A stretch of DNA of 9,428 nucleotides from assembly GCF_006345805.1 (NCBI RefSeq), contig NW_021827939.1:1-9428 (forward strand), written 5' to 3'. The DNA comes from Octopus sinensis. Lineage: Eukaryota. Below are positions 6,774 to 9,428 of this stretch, piece by piece; position 1 is the stretch's first letter, and every line of letters starts with the position of its first letter. The notes under the pieces are model-generated. The model did no database searches, was not told the DNA's origin, and saw nothing but the letters and a program-made list of their open reading frames with translations. The translations under genes were made by a program, and so were the position numbers.

Positions 6774-7364
6774 ATATATATATACATACATACATACATA
6801 TACAGATATATATACATACATAGATGCATACACACACATACACACACACACAACACACACACACATTCTTATACATGCTACGTACATACTGCAGTATCTA
6901 CGTCAGTAGCAGAAATATTGCATTCCGGGATACGTAATTCTCTCTCTGCCAGGTTCTTTTTGAACGATCAAAGTCTGTGAAAGAGGTTCTGATTTGTTCC
7001 TCGCTACCTAAGAATGGTGTTGAGATATGGCCGGCAGCTTCGGCCGGAAGAGAGTTGGGCGCTACCTGTTTGTCACGTGATTTCACTTGTCTAAGCTGTG
7101 CGGGAGAAGAGGTGCTATTTCTGGAGACGATTGAGCTGCCGTCACGTCACCTCCTGTGTTATCTGTTGTTTGTGTACTGGGATGTGTTGTATCGCATTTA
7201 AATGTTATCTGTTTAGGATATGTTGAATGCACTGGAAGCCGGGGCCGATAAGGTGGTTAGGGAGTGTGTTGAACTATTGAAGACGAAATGTGTAAGGTGA
7301 GAGGATAGTTATCTTTGTTTGCTTTGTACTTATGCAACAGCAGCGGAAGTAGTAGTAGTAGCAG

Positions 7365-7406
<42 letters not shown>

Positions 7407-7410
<4 letters not shown>

Positions 7411-7685
7411 CTTGACCGACCAGATGTTGCTACACATCGCTGGTCACAATGCGCTTCGCATTGTTTTAGCCTTCAAGTGACGCCACCCCTAGCTAAGCGA
7501 GCAGGCCAAGAAAAAAAAGTGAAGAAAGTTGTGGCGAAAGAGTACAGCAGGTCGCCTCCATCCCCTTCCGGAGCCTGGAGCTTAGGTGTTTTTGCTCAAT
7601 AAACACTCACAACGCCCGGTCTGGGATCGAAACCGCGATCCTACGACCGCGAGTCCGCTGCCTAACCACTGGGCCATTGGCGGCT

Positions 7686-7688
<3 letters not shown>
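7407..7688 (-). mobile_element. tRNA-derived SINE family C
   Basis: Minus strand has A-box TGGCCCAGTGG, B-box-like GGTTTCGATCCC, CORE/V-like TTGAGCAAAAACACCTAAGCTCC and a structured 3' tail. Flanked by (TA)n on both sides. Confidence 0.8.
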
Positions 7689-7725
<37 letters not shown>

Positions 7726-7729
7726 TATA

Positions 7730-7798
<69 letters not shown>

Positions 7799-7957
7799 TA
7801 TATATTATATATAGATATATATATATATATATATATATAGATATATATATATATATAATAATATATATATATAATATATATATATATATATTATATATAT
7901 ATATATATATACATTATATATATGTATCTATATATATGTATGTATATCTATAATATA
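7689..7957. repeat. Long imperfect (TA)n microsatellite
   Basis: Direct reading. Confidence 0.95.
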
Positions 7958-8147
7958 CAGGGGTTGGACAAAATACTGAAATACCTAGCATCATAGCATC
8001 ATACTTTTGAAATGTCTATAAACCGTCAAAAGTTTGTTTATTTTAAAGTTTTTTTTTATATTACTATTAGTGTTGCTTAATATGTTTTGCTAAAATTGCT
8101 GTTTCTTTTCAAATATCATAAAAAAAAGGTAATTAAGATTCATTAAG

Positions 8148-9074
8148 ATGACAGATCGAACTTTGAAAGAAGTCAAATTGTTGGTGCTCGTATGGCAGGC
8201 GCTAGCATAACGAAAACAGTCGAAATGTTTGGTGTATGAAAAAGTACTGTATCGAAAGTAATGACAGCCTTTGAGAAGAAGGGAAAAGCCTCCTCGTCGA
8301 AACAAAACTCCGGAAGGAAACCAAAACTTTCAGATTGGGGCCGTCGGACTCTTACGCCAATTGTTAGAAAATATCACAAAAGTACAGCTCCCAAAATTAC
8401 TGCAGAGCTTAAGGACCACCTCGAGAACCCAGTTTCCACAAAAATTGTTCAGCTGGAGCTGCACAAAGCCAGCTTTTACGAAAGGGCTGCAAAAAAAAAA
8501 AAACCACTACTTTCAAAAATAAACGTTGCAAAGCGTTTAGAGTGGAGTAAAAACCTACAGAATTGGTCCCTAGAGAAGTGGAAGGATGTTATTTTCTCGG
8601 ACGAGTCATCCTTTACCTTATTTCTGACCATCGGTCGAGAATACCCATTTCTTTATTACCCACAAGGGGCTAAACACAGAGGGGACAAATAAAGACAGAC
8701 GTAGGTATTAAGTCAATTATATCGACCCCAGTGCGTAACTGGTACTTAATTTATCGACCCCGAAAGGATGAAAGGTAAAGTCGACCTCGGCGGAATTTGA
8801 ACTCAGAACGTAACGGCAAACGAAATACCTATTTCTTTATTACCCACAAGGGGCTAAACACAGAGGGGACAAACAAGGACAGACATAGGTATTAAGTCGA
8901 TTACATCGACCCCAATGCGTAACTAGTACTTAATTTATCGACCCCGAAAGGATGAAAGGCAAAGTCGACCTCAGCGGAATTTGAACTCAGAACGTAACGG
9001 CAGACGAAATACCGCTAAGCATTTCGCCCGACGTGCTAACGTTTCTGCCAGCTCGCCGAGAATACGTGTGGAGA
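8148..9074 (+). pseudogene. Tc1 transposase pseudogene (paired-like HTH, GRKPKL, HTH2, first catalytic D)
   Basis: ATG at 8148, frameshift near 8157, then NFERSQIVGARMAGASITKTVEMFGV*KSTVSKVMTAF (stop 8237-39) ...SGRKPKLS...KKPLLSKINVAKRLEW...WKDVIFSDESSF...GREY. After removing the SINE and one TSD copy it continues VWR (9066-9074). Confidence 0.9.
8645..9056 (-). mobile_element. SINE family A, copy 4: head + two complete 184-bp bodies
   Basis: Head 9056-9014, body 1 9013-8830, body 2 8829-8646. 9-bp TSD CGAGAATAC at 8636-8644 and 9057-9065. Confidence 0.93.
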
Positions 9075-9428
9075 AATATGTAGTTACTGTACTGCAAAGT
9101 AAAGTATATTTGCTAACGTAAAATGGCAGTCTTGCTTAGGACGATGTTACTACTGTTTAGCTCCAGGAAAGCATCTTTTCCAGTTGGCTGTCGACACATC
9201 AGCTGTGTCATACTACACCGACACGTCTGTGTGTGTATGTGTGTGTGTGTACTAGTGCTGGCGTCTATGTTCGAATGTGTGCGATGGGTGCTGATGAAAC
9301 CTGGCTGACGTCACAGCATTTGTTCCGTTCCAAATGTTGACTGCTCTGTTACGACAATGTCGACGAACTGTGACCTACACAGACAGAAAAATTACACTAG
9401 CACAACCACTTATATATATATTATATAT

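Larger units (their letters stand above)
7958..9074 (+). mobile_element. Tc1/mariner (Tc1-family) transposon, left end, truncated and interrupted by SINE A
   Basis: TA (7956-57) followed by TIR-like CAGGGGTTGGACAAAATACTGAAATACCT; transposase remnant downstream; no right TIR seen in the window. Confidence 0.85.

Noticed and set aside
5591-6887. His/Tyr/Val/Cys-rich ORFs
   Set aside because: Translations of di- and trinucleotide microsatellites.
8645-9013. Direct repeats as a CRISPR array or LTR pair
   Set aside because: 184-bp abutting units with no spacers or internal region; they are SINE bodies.
9120-9410. ORF 9123-9308, CTGATGA at 9291 and a possible repeat fragment at 9140-9210
   Set aside because: The ORF runs through (GT)n, there is no helix II/GAAA after the core, and repeat identity cannot be supported from within the window.

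Overview
Repeat-saturated, AT-rich eukaryotic non-coding DNA, most likely octopus/coleoid cephalopod nuclear genome (inferred from recalled SINE and Penelope-type families and the microsatellite load). No intact host gene is supported; nearly all listed ORFs are microsatellite or repeat read-throughs. Contents: four copies of a tRNA-derived SINE ('A') built as one head plus tandem ~184-bp bodies; two other tRNA SINEs (B, C); a non-autonomous Helitron; a fold-back MITE; a 5'-truncated RTE LINE; a dead Tc1 transposon interrupted by SINE A; and Penelope-type (PLE) LTR fragments carrying minimal type I hammerhead ribozyme motifs (one canonical at 1356-1416, three core variants, one half motif). 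Two signals stand out. First, SINE A has a fixed tail-to-internal junction (GAAATA|GGTATTTC) that falls at the loop of a head hairpin and also overlaps the target-site duplications, suggesting concatemeric or circular RNA templates and microhomology priming. Second, there is a cluster of hammerhead motifs, several with palindromic helix III that could dimerise.
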